This document shows, one piece after another, positions 46,322-56,254 of a stretch of DNA of 64,000 bases. Numbering within the stretch: position 1 is the stretch's first letter; every line of letters starts with the position of its first letter. Source of the DNA: Blastocatellia bacterium (GTDB lineage Bacteria > Acidobacteriota > Blastocatellia > UBA7656); the NCBI GenBank assembly GCA_035455165.1, contig DATIFP010000007.1, positions 9,631 to 73,630 on the forward strand. Direction: 5' to 3'. Under the pieces are notes generated by a model, which worked only from the letters and a program-made list of their open reading frames with translations, searched no databases and was not told the origin of the DNA. A program made the position numbers and the translations under genes.

Positions 46322-46999
46322 TCAAGGTCCGTTCATCGGCGGAGGATCGGAGTTCGGCAGATAATAGTGTTGTACTTTGTGAGCGAGCGCCTGCTTGTGG
46401 TACACCGGATTCAACAAGTCGTCCGTCAAAAATCTGAGTACGACGCTCTTGGTTCCAGTTCCGACTGAGGAGCTTGACCAAATCTCGTTTCCGCCCGGCC
46501 CTTGCAGTCTCAGTGTTTCGCCATCAGCGAGGTCATAGTCGACGTGGATCTCGTTGGCAATGTTTTCGGTCGAAACTACGATTCCAGTCAGACTGTCGTC
46601 GGAAAGGCTGTGTTGCGTGAAGCTGCGATCCCTTACATCCGCGCTGCTGAAGTCACCGGAGTGAAAGCGCAGGACGCAATCGTACGCCGTTTTGATGAAC
46701 GCAGGCGCGTCCGCTGCCGCGTAGAGCTTGTCCTTCTTCAGGATGTCATTCTTGAAGGAGTCCGACGGATTCACCGGCTTCTTAACTGTGACTCCGTCGT
46801 TCTCAATGTGCTGCACGTCGATCCTCTTATTGCCTCGGCCCAGTTTCCGGTGAGGTTGAGGTTGTGCAATTTGACCGTCCTCGGACACTTCGATGTCGGT
46901 TGGGCCTGGTGTCTCAAAGTACCCGACATCAAGGAACGTCTGGTCATTTCTCTCCGGCGGGAAAAATCCGCCGGTGAGGAGAACGATTGTTACTCGCAT
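46322..46999 (-). CDS. Unknown-function protein, paralog B of CHAT-flanking pair (225 aa)
   Basis: GAAAGGAGA RBS. Paralog of 42010..42699. Confidence 0.7.
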   Translation of the reverse strand: MRVTIVLLTGGFFPPERNDQTFLDVGYFETPGPTDIEVSEDGQIAQPQPHRKLGRGNKRIDVQHIENDGVTVKKPVNPSDSFKNDILKKDKLYAAADAPAFIKTAYDCVLRFHSGDFSSADVRDRSFTQHSLSDDSLTGIVVSTENIANEIHVDYDLADGETLRLQGPGGNEIWSSSSVGTGTKSVVLRFLTDDLLNPVYHKQALAHKVQHYYLPNSDPPPMNGP

Positions 47000-47297
47000 T
47001 AGCTTGTCTCCTTTCGCGAATGCTCGTCATTCGACACATTGCTACTTGCAAAGCGAGAGCTGAAATCCCCGGTGATCGTTTGAATGGTCTGTACTTACGA
47101 CCTCATACATAACACAACCGCCGCGTAACATGAACTCCCTTTTGCGAAAAAGCTCGTACATCGATTGGAATCAGTTGGGAACTCACCCAAAGGCGATTCT
47201 GAGAGATCGCGCTCGGGGAGTACCAGCTGCGAGGCCGGTCAGGTTGACACCTGCTGTATCGCTGAATTACGGTGTCAGTCTTATAGAGACTCAAACG

Positions 47298-49040
47298 ATG
47301 GCCCAAAAGCAAAGCACATCGCGGCTAAGGATTATCATCGCTTTACTGTTTCTAGTCAGCCTGCTGACCCTGCAAGGCGATGCGCAACGCACGTCCGCAA
47401 CTCGAAGAAACCGCACAAGCGCAACGGCGAGATCCGATAAGCCCAAGCTCGTTCTTGTAATCGTGGTCGACCAGTTTCGCTACGATTATCTCGAACGTTT
47501 TGCCGACCTATTCGGAGACTACGGTTTCAAACGGCTGACGAGCCGCGGCGCCCTATTCACCAACGCAAACTACGATTATGTCCCGACCTTTACGGCTTGC
47601 GGTCACGCTGCAATCTTCAGCGGGTCAGTGCCCGCGCAAAACGGGATCGTCGGCAACGCGTGGTTCGATCGCGAATCGGGCAAAGTGCGAGTCATGGTCG
47701 CCGACGACTCGGCTCATCTTGTGACTCCCGACGGGCCCGCAAGCACCGGCGGTGCGGCGAGCCCGCGCACTCTGATAGGAACTACAATCGGTGATCAGAT
47801 GCGGCTGTCGAACAATTTCCAATCCAGAGTGTTCGCCGCATCCCTCAAGGACCGAGCGGCGGTCCTTCCCGGCGGCCAGCATCCGAACGGTGCCTATTGG
47901 TTCAATGACGCGAAGGGCGGTTTCGTATCCAGTGACTACTACGCAAAGGAGCTGCCCGCATGGATCAGGAGTTTCGACTCAAACGTGAAACCCGACAAAT
48001 ACTTTGGAATGAAGTGGGACCGTGCGCTTGCCGCGGACGCATACAAACGCGCACAGTCCGCATATCTTCCATTGCAGAAGACATCGCTCGGGTCGCGTCT
48101 TCCCTACGTCGTCACTGGCGGAGATGAGAAACCCGGACCAAAGTTCTACACAGCGTTCCAGCTGACCCCGTTTGCTTCAGAGTACCTCGCAGACTTCTGC
48201 AAAGCGGCGCTCGCCGAAGAATCACTCGGAGCCGATGACTACCCGGACCTCCTGTCGATAAGCTTCTCGTCGCCCGATCTGGCCGGTCACTATTACGGGC
48301 CGGACAGCGCCGAGGTTGAAGACACCTACATCAGATTGGATCGTGTGATTGCCGATTTGCTTGGGTTCATCGACGGACGAGTGGGTCTCGCAAACACCAT
48401 CGTAGTGGTGACCGGCGACCACGGAGTCGCGCCCATCCCCGAATACGCGCGCGCGAATGGGTTTGACGCCGAACGGTTGTCGGGACGAGACATGGTCGAT
48501 GCCGTGAACAAGGCTCTGGCAGCCCGCTTCGGGGAAGGCAAGTGGGTGCAGAATTTCATAAACGATCAACTCTATCTCGATCGCAAGCTCATCGCTGAGA
48601 AGAAGGTCGATGCGGCTGAAGCCGAAAAGCTGGCCGGTGAAACCGCACTCACGTTCGCCGGCGTGGTCAATTACTTCACTCGTACGCAACTGGTCGAGGG
48701 TCGAATGCCGGGCGGACCCGTCGCACGACGGGTCGGCAACGGATTCAATCGCGAGCGCTCGGGCGACGTTTGGCTGATCACAAGGCCCTTCTACTTTTTC
48801 TCGGAAGGCAACCTGCCGACCACGCACGGCTCGCCTTACAACTACGACACTCATGTTCCGATCGTGCTGTTTGGGGCAGGGGTGAAGCCCGGCCGCTATA
48901 ACGCCGCGTGCTCGCCCTCGGATATCGCCCCGACCCTTGCGGCGCTGCTCGGGATTGAGCCGCCCTCAAATAGGACTGGCCGCGTGTTGAGCGAAGCCCT
49001 GGCGTCACCAATTCAAGCGCCCACAGTCGAGGCCCGATAA
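47298..49040 (+). CDS. Alkaline phosphatase family protein (type I phosphodiesterase/nucleotide pyrophosphatase-like), secreted
   Basis: Signal peptide. 'VVDQFRYDYL' and 'TGDHG' motifs of the AlkP/sulfatase superfamily. Confidence 0.8.
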   Translation: MAQKQSTSRLRIIIALLFLVSLLTLQGDAQRTSATRRNRTSATARSDKPKLVLVIVVDQFRYDYLERFADLFGDYGFKRLTSRGALFTNANYDYVPTFTACGHAAIFSGSVPAQNGIVGNAWFDRESGKVRVMVADDSAHLVTPDGPASTGGAASPRTLIGTTIGDQMRLSNNFQSRVFAASLKDRAAVLPGGQHPNGAYWFNDAKGGFVSSDYYAKELPAWIRSFDSNVKPDKYFGMKWDRALAADAYKRAQSAYLPLQKTSLGSRLPYVVTGGDEKPGPKFYTAFQLTPFASEYLADFCKAALAEESLGADDYPDLLSISFSSPDLAGHYYGPDSAEVEDTYIRLDRVIADLLGFIDGRVGLANTIVVVTGDHGVAPIPEYARANGFDAERLSGRDMVDAVNKALAARFGEGKWVQNFINDQLYLDRKLIAEKKVDAAEAEKLAGETALTFAGVVNYFTRTQLVEGRMPGGPVARRVGNGFNRERSGDVWLITRPFYFFSEGNLPTTHGSPYNYDTHVPIVLFGAGVKPGRYNAACSPSDIAPTLAALLGIEPPSNRTGRVLSEALASPIQAPTVEAR

Positions 49041-49059
49041 TCCGGCAGTGTTCTCCGTT

Positions 49060-51189
49060 ATGCAAGCTGACAAGCCTACGGTGTTGGATGGTAAGCCAAG
49101 AGTTCGGTTATCGATCTACTGCTGCGTTGTTCTGACGATCGCAACCGTATTCAGTCTCACGCTTCTTGCGTCCGGTCAGCAACGACCGCGGCAAAAAAGA
49201 CCGGCGCCGAAACCGGCTCCAGCAACCGAACCGTCAGGCCTCTCGCCCCGAGAAGTACTGGACAAGGCTCGCAACGCCGAAGCTTCTCAACAACGAATCG
49301 ATCTGCTCGAAAAGTTTCTTGCCTCCTCCCGTGGCTCCGATCTTGAAAACGAAGCGCGCGAACTGTTGATGCGCGAATATGCGCTCAAGGGCGAGCAAGC
49401 CCTCAGAGAAGCGAACCCTCAAGCGGCGATGCGGGCTTTCAAGGCCGCGTTTCGCCACGCGGCTGATCCGATCACCGACAAGGTGTTTGCCCAGTATGTT
49501 TTTCCGTTGCCAATGGCGATGAATGCATTCGGTTACCGCGTTGAATCCAGCGAATTGATGCGCTCCTTCGAGCCGCGCTTCGCGAACGATCCGAATCGGC
49601 TGGTTGAGATTGGGTTTTTCTACGTTCAGATCGAAGCGCCGTTCGAAGCAGTGCGAGTATTGGAGAGCGCCGTCCAGCTCGCGCCTCAGGACCATCGAGC
49701 ACATAACAGTCTGGGCACCGCTTACTTGATAAGCCTCAGATTGGATGACGCCATGGCCGAGTTCTCGCGGGCCCTCGAACTCGACTCCAAAGATGAATTC
49801 GCCAATCTCAATATCGCAAACCTCGCGCGCGCTATGGGCGAGTACGAGCGTGCCATCCCTTACTATCGCAGGCAAATCGTACTCAAGCATGACGATGCCG
49901 AAGCACACGGAGGCCTGGCGATTGCCCTGCTGGCACTTGGGCGAGACGAAGAGGCGGAACCGGAGATGCGCCGGGCCATGGAACTCGCTCCCGGTGATTA
50001 TCGGTTTCTCACCCAACTCGGCTTCTTCTACATAACTCGCAAAAAGCCCTCTCTGGCCCGGCCGGTCATTGAACAGGCAGCGCGCATAGAGCCCCGCTAC
50101 GCGTGGGCATTCATTGGAAAGGCCGAAACCGACGCGCTCGAAGGCAAGTTCGGAGATGCCCTCGCCACGCTGATCGGAGCGCAGGCGCACGCGGGGTTCG
50201 CCACCCTGACTTTCGAACTGGCTAAGGCGTTTCTTGCGGTGGACGGTTACGATCAAGCTACGGAGGTGATGGGCAAGGCCTTCACCGTAAACGCCGACGG
50301 TGAATTCGAGGCACTGCTTGGAGGCGCAATCAAAACGCGATCGCCGAGGCTCGACTTGCTACTGGAACGTGAAAGACAGGCGGCCTTGTTTTTGAACTCA
50401 GACCCTACGACCACGTTTCAATACAGGTTGGTGGAAGCCATCTGCAAGATCAGCCACTTTTCGAAAGTCGCGCTGGCCAGTCGCAAGCCGGCTCAGCCAA
50501 CGGCAGCTCGAAGGCGGCCACGCCCTGGGCAGGCGAAGTCCGCAGATGCGTCTGAGGACGACGAGGCGAAAAGCGCAACACGCCCCCGTCGAGCGACGGC
50601 CGCGCCTTCGTTGGACTCGGAACTTTCAGCCGGGCGCGACAGCAACCTGCCGGGTATGACGGAGCTGATCCGAACGATCACGACATTCACAACTCTGGAC
50701 GACGGCCGGCAGGCGTTTCGGATGGTGTGGGTCTCCCGAAAGCTCACCGAGGCCGATCTGGCCCTGGACGCGGCGGAGTTACTTGCTCGCCGGGCGATCG
50801 ACCTCGCCGAAACGGCAACTGAACCCGCTGGCTCGATGCGCGATGCGCCGCTGCTCGACCGCGCCGGCCGCCGAGCGATGTTTCTTGGGCGCGCTTACGA
50901 CGCTCTGGGGTGGGCCCAGTTCAAGAAGGGCAACACGCGAGCCGCACTGGAGAGCCTGATCAAATCAGTGGACGTCTATCCGACTAGCCTGGATCGCAAG
51001 ATTGCCATCTGGCATCTGGCGGTCGCCACGCAGGAAGCGGGCGACGACCGGCGAGCGCTCGAGTTGTACATTGCGAGCTACGATCCGGGGCTGCCAACCG
51101 CCTCGGTGCGACGGGCGCAGATTGAAATGCTCTACAAAAGGCTGAACGGTTCCCTTGCGGGCCTCGAGGACAAGCTCAAGCAACAATGA
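49060..51189 (+). CDS. TPR-repeat secreted protein
   Basis: Multiple TPR units ('AHNSLGTAYL...', 'AEAHGGLAIALL...'). Signal peptide. Alternative GTG start at 49048. Stop overlaps the next ATG (ATGA). Confidence 0.75.
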   Translation: MQADKPTVLDGKPRVRLSIYCCVVLTIATVFSLTLLASGQQRPRQKRPAPKPAPATEPSGLSPREVLDKARNAEASQQRIDLLEKFLASSRGSDLENEARELLMREYALKGEQALREANPQAAMRAFKAAFRHAADPITDKVFAQYVFPLPMAMNAFGYRVESSELMRSFEPRFANDPNRLVEIGFFYVQIEAPFEAVRVLESAVQLAPQDHRAHNSLGTAYLISLRLDDAMAEFSRALELDSKDEFANLNIANLARAMGEYERAIPYYRRQIVLKHDDAEAHGGLAIALLALGRDEEAEPEMRRAMELAPGDYRFLTQLGFFYITRKKPSLARPVIEQAARIEPRYAWAFIGKAETDALEGKFGDALATLIGAQAHAGFATLTFELAKAFLAVDGYDQATEVMGKAFTVNADGEFEALLGGAIKTRSPRLDLLLERERQAALFLNSDPTTTFQYRLVEAICKISHFSKVALASRKPAQPTAARRRPRPGQAKSADASEDDEAKSATRPRRATAAPSLDSELSAGRDSNLPGMTELIRTITTFTTLDDGRQAFRMVWVSRKLTEADLALDAAELLARRAIDLAETATEPAGSMRDAPLLDRAGRRAMFLGRAYDALGWAQFKKGNTRAALESLIKSVDVYPTSLDRKIAIWHLAVATQEAGDDRRALELYIASYDPGLPTASVRRAQIEMLYKRLNGSLAGLEDKLKQQ

Positions 51190-52730
51190 CAACCAATCGC
51201 GAACTCGATGAAGCACAGCAATATCACAATCTCACAAAGCACTCCTATGTAAGCATCCGCGCTGATCGGCACTATCTCGACTGGCCGAATCAGCCCTCGC
51301 CGTTCAAGATATACACCGACCTGGAACCCATCTCGCTGCCCCGAGAGCTTGTGCAAACGCTTGCACCCGCGCTGCGCGTCATAGCGTCGGACGGCTCTGA
51401 AGCAGGCATCAATCAAGAGGTCGATCTCACGCGGCTCGCGAGTATCTTGTACTACTCGGCCGGGGTGACCAGGCATAAAACATATCCGGGAGGCGAGCTT
51501 TACTTCCGCGCAGCCGCCTGTGCCGGCGCACTCTACCCGACAGAAACCTATGTTGTCTGTGGTGACCTGGGGGGTCTCACTGCGGGCGTGTATCACTTCA
51601 ATCCCGGCGACTTCGCGTTGAGACGATTGCGAGACGGAGACCTGCGAGGAGTCTTATCACGCGCGACGGCGGACGACCCGAACGTGAGCGGCGCGGCGGC
51701 GACTCTGATCTTCACTGCGATAAGCTGGCGCAGCACGTGGAAGTATCGCGATCGGGCGTATCGTTATCACTTCTGGGACAACGGCATGATCGTGGCGAAT
51801 GCGCTGGCGATGGCGGCGGCGCACGAGCTCCCCGCCAAGGTCGTGCTGGGTTTCGTCGAGGGAGAAGTCAACAGGTTAATCGGGATTGATGGCGAGCAAG
51901 AGCTTGCCTTGAGCTTGCTCGCACTCGGCAGCTCGAGCGGCTCTTCGACTGATAGCAGGGAGATCGATTCCCTTCCCCAGATTGACTTCAGTGTGATCCC
52001 GCTTTCTCCTTCGCCGGTAGATTATCCCTCGATCCGCCGGATGCATCGCGCGTCGTCGCTCGCAAGTCGAGATGAGGTTCGTGAATGGCGCAACGTGAAA
52101 TATGGTTCGTCGTCGAGCGATGTTGCCGGAGAATTGTTTCCGCTCCCGGTGCCTTCAGATGACGATCTCCCGGGTGAAGCGATCGAGGACGTCATTCAAC
52201 GAAGAGCGTCCACGCGGCGCTTCGCACTCAAACAACTTCCATTTTCGGACCTCGCCGCAATAATAGATCGAGCGACTACGGGCATCCCCGCCGACTTCTT
52301 GCAACGAGATCCGCTCAATGAGATCTATGTGATCGTCAATCGAGTTGAAGGACTGCCCCCCGGTGCCTATTTGCATCATCGAGACGATCGCGCGCTCGAG
52401 CTGCTCAAGCCGGGCGACTTCAGCAAGCAGGCAGCATACCTCACGCTGGGCCAGGATCTGGGCGGCGACGCAAGCGCCACGTTCTTTTTCATGGCCGATT
52501 TGGAGTCGCTGCTCGAAGCTTACGGCAATCGCGGATATCGAGCCGCACAAATGGAAGCGGGCATCACCGGCGGCAAGATTTACCTGGCGTCTTATGCGCT
52601 TCGACGAGGCGCAACCGGATTGACGTTTTTTGACGACGACGTGACTGAATTCTTCTCGCCTCGCGCTGCCGGGAAGACCTGTATTTTCGTTACGAGCGTT
52701 GGCATCCCCGGGAAGCGCCCCGTCTATTGA
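51186..52730 (+). CDS. SagB/ThcOx-type dehydrogenase (double nitroreductase-fold)
   Basis: 'YHNLTKHS' SagB-family N-terminal signature and two nitroreductase-like halves. 514 aa. Confidence 0.75.
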   Translation: MTTNRELDEAQQYHNLTKHSYVSIRADRHYLDWPNQPSPFKIYTDLEPISLPRELVQTLAPALRVIASDGSEAGINQEVDLTRLASILYYSAGVTRHKTYPGGELYFRAAACAGALYPTETYVVCGDLGGLTAGVYHFNPGDFALRRLRDGDLRGVLSRATADDPNVSGAAATLIFTAISWRSTWKYRDRAYRYHFWDNGMIVANALAMAAAHELPAKVVLGFVEGEVNRLIGIDGEQELALSLLALGSSSGSSTDSREIDSLPQIDFSVIPLSPSPVDYPSIRRMHRASSLASRDEVREWRNVKYGSSSSDVAGELFPLPVPSDDDLPGEAIEDVIQRRASTRRFALKQLPFSDLAAIIDRATTGIPADFLQRDPLNEIYVIVNRVEGLPPGAYLHHRDDRALELLKPGDFSKQAAYLTLGQDLGGDASATFFFMADLESLLEAYGNRGYRAAQMEAGITGGKIYLASYALRRGATGLTFFDDDVTEFFSPRAAGKTCIFVTSVGIPGKRPVY

Positions 52731-52750
52731 TTAGCTGCGCGAAAGGGATC

Positions 52751-53686
52751 ATGCTGGGCGCCCTCATCATCGACAAACCCGCAGGCATCACTTCGCACGA
52801 CGTTGTAGATCGAGTGCGCCGCGCCACGGCTATTCGCCGCGTCGGACACGCAGGAACGCTTGATCCCTTCGCAACCGGAGTCCTGGTATGCTGCGTCGGC
52901 CGCGCCACGAGACTCGTCCAGTTCCTGGTTGGCCTCGATAAGGAATACGTCGCGAAAGTCAGGCTGGGCTTCGCAACCGATACCCAGGACGCCACCGGGA
53001 AACAGATCACCCCAATTCGCTCATCAAACGAGGTGAGCCTCGAAGACCTGCGAGGAATTCTGGAACAATTCACCGGCCCCCAGTTGCAGACGCCGCCGAT
53101 GTTCTCGGCCAAGAAAGTGGGCGGGGAGAAGCTGTATCGCGCGGCACGCGCGGGCCGCGACGTCCCGCGCGAACCGGTGAGCATAACGATCCACTCGATG
53201 GAGTTGATCGAGGGCGATGGAGCGGCGTTGACTTTGAACGAAGACGGCACTCTCGACTTTCGAATGCGCGTCCGTTGCTCATCGGGCACCTATGTCAGGA
53301 CGCTTGCTCACGACATCGGCCGGCGACTGGAGGTCGGCGGGCACTTGACCGGATTGCGCAGAACGGCAGTCGGCCACTTTCATGTCGAGGACGCGCTGAC
53401 GCTGGAGGAACTGGAATCGATAGGGCCCGATCAACTGCGTGACGCGTTGATCGATCCGACCGCGATGCTCTCGCACCTGGCGCTCCTCCGGCTCGATGAC
53501 GACCGGGTGAGACGAGTAGCGACCGGGCGGGGATTCTCGCTGCTCGAGGACGAGTCGGCGATTTCAGAGTCCACGGTCCCGATCCGCTTGTGCGATCAGT
53601 CGGGCAAGCTCGTTGGCGTAGGAACATTCGATTCGGCTCTCAGGTTGGTGAAGCCCATCGTAGTCCTCGAGGTTGGGCCGCCGTGA
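52751..53686 (+). CDS. truB: tRNA pseudouridine(55) synthase
   Basis: 'GALIIDKPAGITSHDVV' and 'GHAGTLDPFATGVL' contain the catalytic Asp motif. C-terminal PUA-like region. Confidence 0.85.
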   Translation: MLGALIIDKPAGITSHDVVDRVRRATAIRRVGHAGTLDPFATGVLVCCVGRATRLVQFLVGLDKEYVAKVRLGFATDTQDATGKQITPIRSSNEVSLEDLRGILEQFTGPQLQTPPMFSAKKVGGEKLYRAARAGRDVPREPVSITIHSMELIEGDGAALTLNEDGTLDFRMRVRCSSGTYVRTLAHDIGRRLEVGGHLTGLRRTAVGHFHVEDALTLEELESIGPDQLRDALIDPTAMLSHLALLRLDDDRVRRVATGRGFSLLEDESAISESTVPIRLCDQSGKLVGVGTFDSALRLVKPIVVLEVGPP

Positions 53687-53729
53687 GCAAATCGATCATT
53701 TGCGCAAAAAAAGCGGGCTTGCAGCGCTG

Positions 53730-53738
53730 TGCTATAAT
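53730..53738 (+). promoter_or_regulatory. Extended -10 promoter-like element (TGcTATAAT) in truB-prkA intergenic region
   Basis: Perfect TATAAT preceded by TGn. About 300 nt upstream of prkA. Confidence 0.3.
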
Positions 53739-54040
53739 GCTGCCAGCTATTGGAGCTAAGACGGATCGTTGAGTTCGAACTAAGTTTTGACAAGATGCTT
53801 CGCTTTGATTTATCGAGGTTGAGCGTGCATCCAGTCGAGCCACGAACAGCCGGATCCATACCGACTGTGCGCCCGCGAGGGCGTAGACTGAGTGTCGTCC
53901 TAACTCTCGCATTGAGTAAGCCAAATGAGCCGTTTAAGGGTGGCCCCCGCAGTGAAAACGGTTCGGATCACAATCGATCAGCGCGCACGGTTGTGGGTTG
54001 CCGCCCACGGACCAAGGCCTGAATCGATTCGGAGGTAGAC

Positions 54041-55966
54041 ATGGGAGAGAATAAGATTAACCTGAGCGACCTCCTTGAAACTCATCGCCGCGACCGCGAG
54101 CGGCTTGCCTGGGAAGGAACATTCAGAGATTACTTCGAACTGGTTACCCAAAACCCAAGCAGTTCGAAGCTCTCGCACGCGCGGATCTGCGACATGATCC
54201 TTGCGGCCGGCGTGGAGAAGATCAACGAGGGATCCAGGGACGAAATAGTAAAATACGAATTTTTCAGCGATGAGCTTTTCGGGATAGAGCGTCCGATCTC
54301 AAGAATAGTCGAGTATTTCAAATCGGCCGGCCAACGGCTCGAAGTCCGAAAGCGAATTCTGTTGCTGATGGGTCCGGTGGGCGGCGGCAAATCGACCATC
54401 GTCACGATGCTCAAGCGTGGTCTTGAGAAGTGGTCGCGCACCGGTAACGGCGCGGTGTACGCGATTAAAGACTGCCCGATGCACGAAGAGCCTCTTCATT
54501 TGATCCCTCCGGAGCTCAGGCCGGAAATAGAGAAACACTACGGGATATATATCGAAGGCGAGCTGTGCCCGCAGTGCCGCTACAACCTCGAGCACGTGTA
54601 TCGAGGACGTCACGAGGACGTGCTCGTTCATCGCATCGTGTTCTCCGAGAAGGACCGCATCGGGATCGGCACCTTCGCTCCGTCTGACCCGAAATCTCAG
54701 GACATCACCGAGCTGACCGGCTCCATAGACTTGTCGACCATCGGCGAGGTCGGCGTCGAATCCGACCCGCGCGCGTACCGCTTCGACGGCGAGTTGAACA
54801 TCGCCAATCGCGGCCTGATGGAGTTCGTCGAGATGTTGAAGGTCGATGAGAAGTTCCTCTATAGCTTGCTGACGCTAAGCCAGGAACAGAACATCAAGAC
54901 CGGCCGGTTTGCCCTGATCTATGCGGACGAGGCGATCATCTCCCACACTAACGAGAACGAATACTCAGCGTTCGTCGCGAACCGCAAGAGCGAAGCGCTG
55001 CAAGACCGGATCATAATGATCAAGGTCCCCTACAACCTGAAGGTGTCGCAAGAAGAGCGAATCTACGACAAGCTGTTGAAGCAATCGGACGCGCTTCGAA
55101 ACATTCACATCGCGCCCAGCACTCTGAAGATCGCCGCGATGTTCGCGGTAATGACCAGGCTCGAAGAACCGAAGAAGGCAAACATAGACATCGTCAAAAA
55201 GATGAAGCTATATGACGGCGAGGACGTCGAGGGCTTCAAATCCAAGGACGTGCGGGATCTCAAGGAAGACACCGTGCGCGAAGGAATGGACGGGATCAGC
55301 CCGAGGTACATCATCAATCGCCTCTCCGGCGCGCTGGTCAAAGACAATATCACCTGTATCAATCCAATCGATGCGTTGCGCGCCATCAAGGACGGGTTTG
55401 AGCAACACACCGGTATCTCCGCCGAGCAGCGGGACCGCTATTTGAACCTGGTTTCCGTCGCGCGGCGCGAATACGACGAAATCGCCAAGAATGAAGTGCA
55501 GCGGGCGTTTGTCTACTCGTTCGAGGAGATGGCCAAGACCGTATGCGACAACTACCTCGACAACGTGGAAGCGTACTGCAACAAGGAGAAGCTCAAGGAC
55601 GCCATCACCGAAGAAGAGATCGAACCGGACGAAAAGCTGATGCGCTCGATTGAGGAACAGATCGGCATCAGCGAAAACGGTAAGAATACTTTCAGGCAAG
55701 AGATTCTCATACGAATCTCCAGTCACGCGCGAAAGGGCCGGCCCTTCGAGTACAAATCGCACGAGCGGCTGAAAGAGGCGATCGAGAAGAAGATATTCTC
55801 CGACCTGAAGGACGTGGTGAAGATCACCACATCCACGAAGACGCCGGATGCGGACCAGCTTCGGCGCATCAACGAAGTGATCGATCGATTGGTATCGCAG
55901 AGCGGGTATTGCACGGTTTGCGCGAACGAGCTGCTGACTTATGTGGGGACGCTGTTGTCGCGATAG
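54041..55966 (+). CDS. prkA: PrkA family serine protein kinase (YeaG)
   Basis: 'LLMGPVGGGKST' Walker A and PrkA-family similarity throughout. 641 aa. Confidence 0.9.
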   Translation: MGENKINLSDLLETHRRDRERLAWEGTFRDYFELVTQNPSSSKLSHARICDMILAAGVEKINEGSRDEIVKYEFFSDELFGIERPISRIVEYFKSAGQRLEVRKRILLLMGPVGGGKSTIVTMLKRGLEKWSRTGNGAVYAIKDCPMHEEPLHLIPPELRPEIEKHYGIYIEGELCPQCRYNLEHVYRGRHEDVLVHRIVFSEKDRIGIGTFAPSDPKSQDITELTGSIDLSTIGEVGVESDPRAYRFDGELNIANRGLMEFVEMLKVDEKFLYSLLTLSQEQNIKTGRFALIYADEAIISHTNENEYSAFVANRKSEALQDRIIMIKVPYNLKVSQEERIYDKLLKQSDALRNIHIAPSTLKIAAMFAVMTRLEEPKKANIDIVKKMKLYDGEDVEGFKSKDVRDLKEDTVREGMDGISPRYIINRLSGALVKDNITCINPIDALRAIKDGFEQHTGISAEQRDRYLNLVSVARREYDEIAKNEVQRAFVYSFEEMAKTVCDNYLDNVEAYCNKEKLKDAITEEEIEPDEKLMRSIEEQIGISENGKNTFRQEILIRISSHARKGRPFEYKSHERLKEAIEKKIFSDLKDVVKITTSTKTPDADQLRRINEVIDRLVSQSGYCTVCANELLTYVGTLLSR

Positions 55967-56254
55967 CCCGGGCGCGAAGCTGTCGACGTTCTTGACCGGC
56001 GACCGATCGGCTGCGCTCAGCTCGTGCTAACCGTGGGCGAGGACTTGGATGGTCGTGCGGGCAAACTATTTGAAGAAGTTGCTGCTATCGGAACGGCGGT
56101 TCTTATCAACCAACTGGTTTCTCCCAAAGGTGAAACCGGGCCCTTAGGGCCGCGGCGGAAAAGCTCGATCCAGCTTTCAATCCCGGTAAGTCGTACGAGC
56201 GACCTGGCGGTGTGAATCCAGCCCACGGCTCACCGAGGGCGTTAAGTATTGCCG

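Noticed and set aside
42010-46999. Calling the CHAT-flanking paralogs bacterial gasdermins
   Set aside because: Only the architecture (size, adjacent caspase-like protease, conserved C-terminal tail) fits. I cannot see gasdermin sequence features or an N-terminal Cys, and the predicted compartments differ. Kept as a hypothesis only.
53760-53790. 'gagttcgaac' resembling a tRNA T-loop
   Set aside because: There is no acceptor or anticodon stem arrangement, and no GGTTCGAATCC-type T-arm with a CCA-compatible 3' end.
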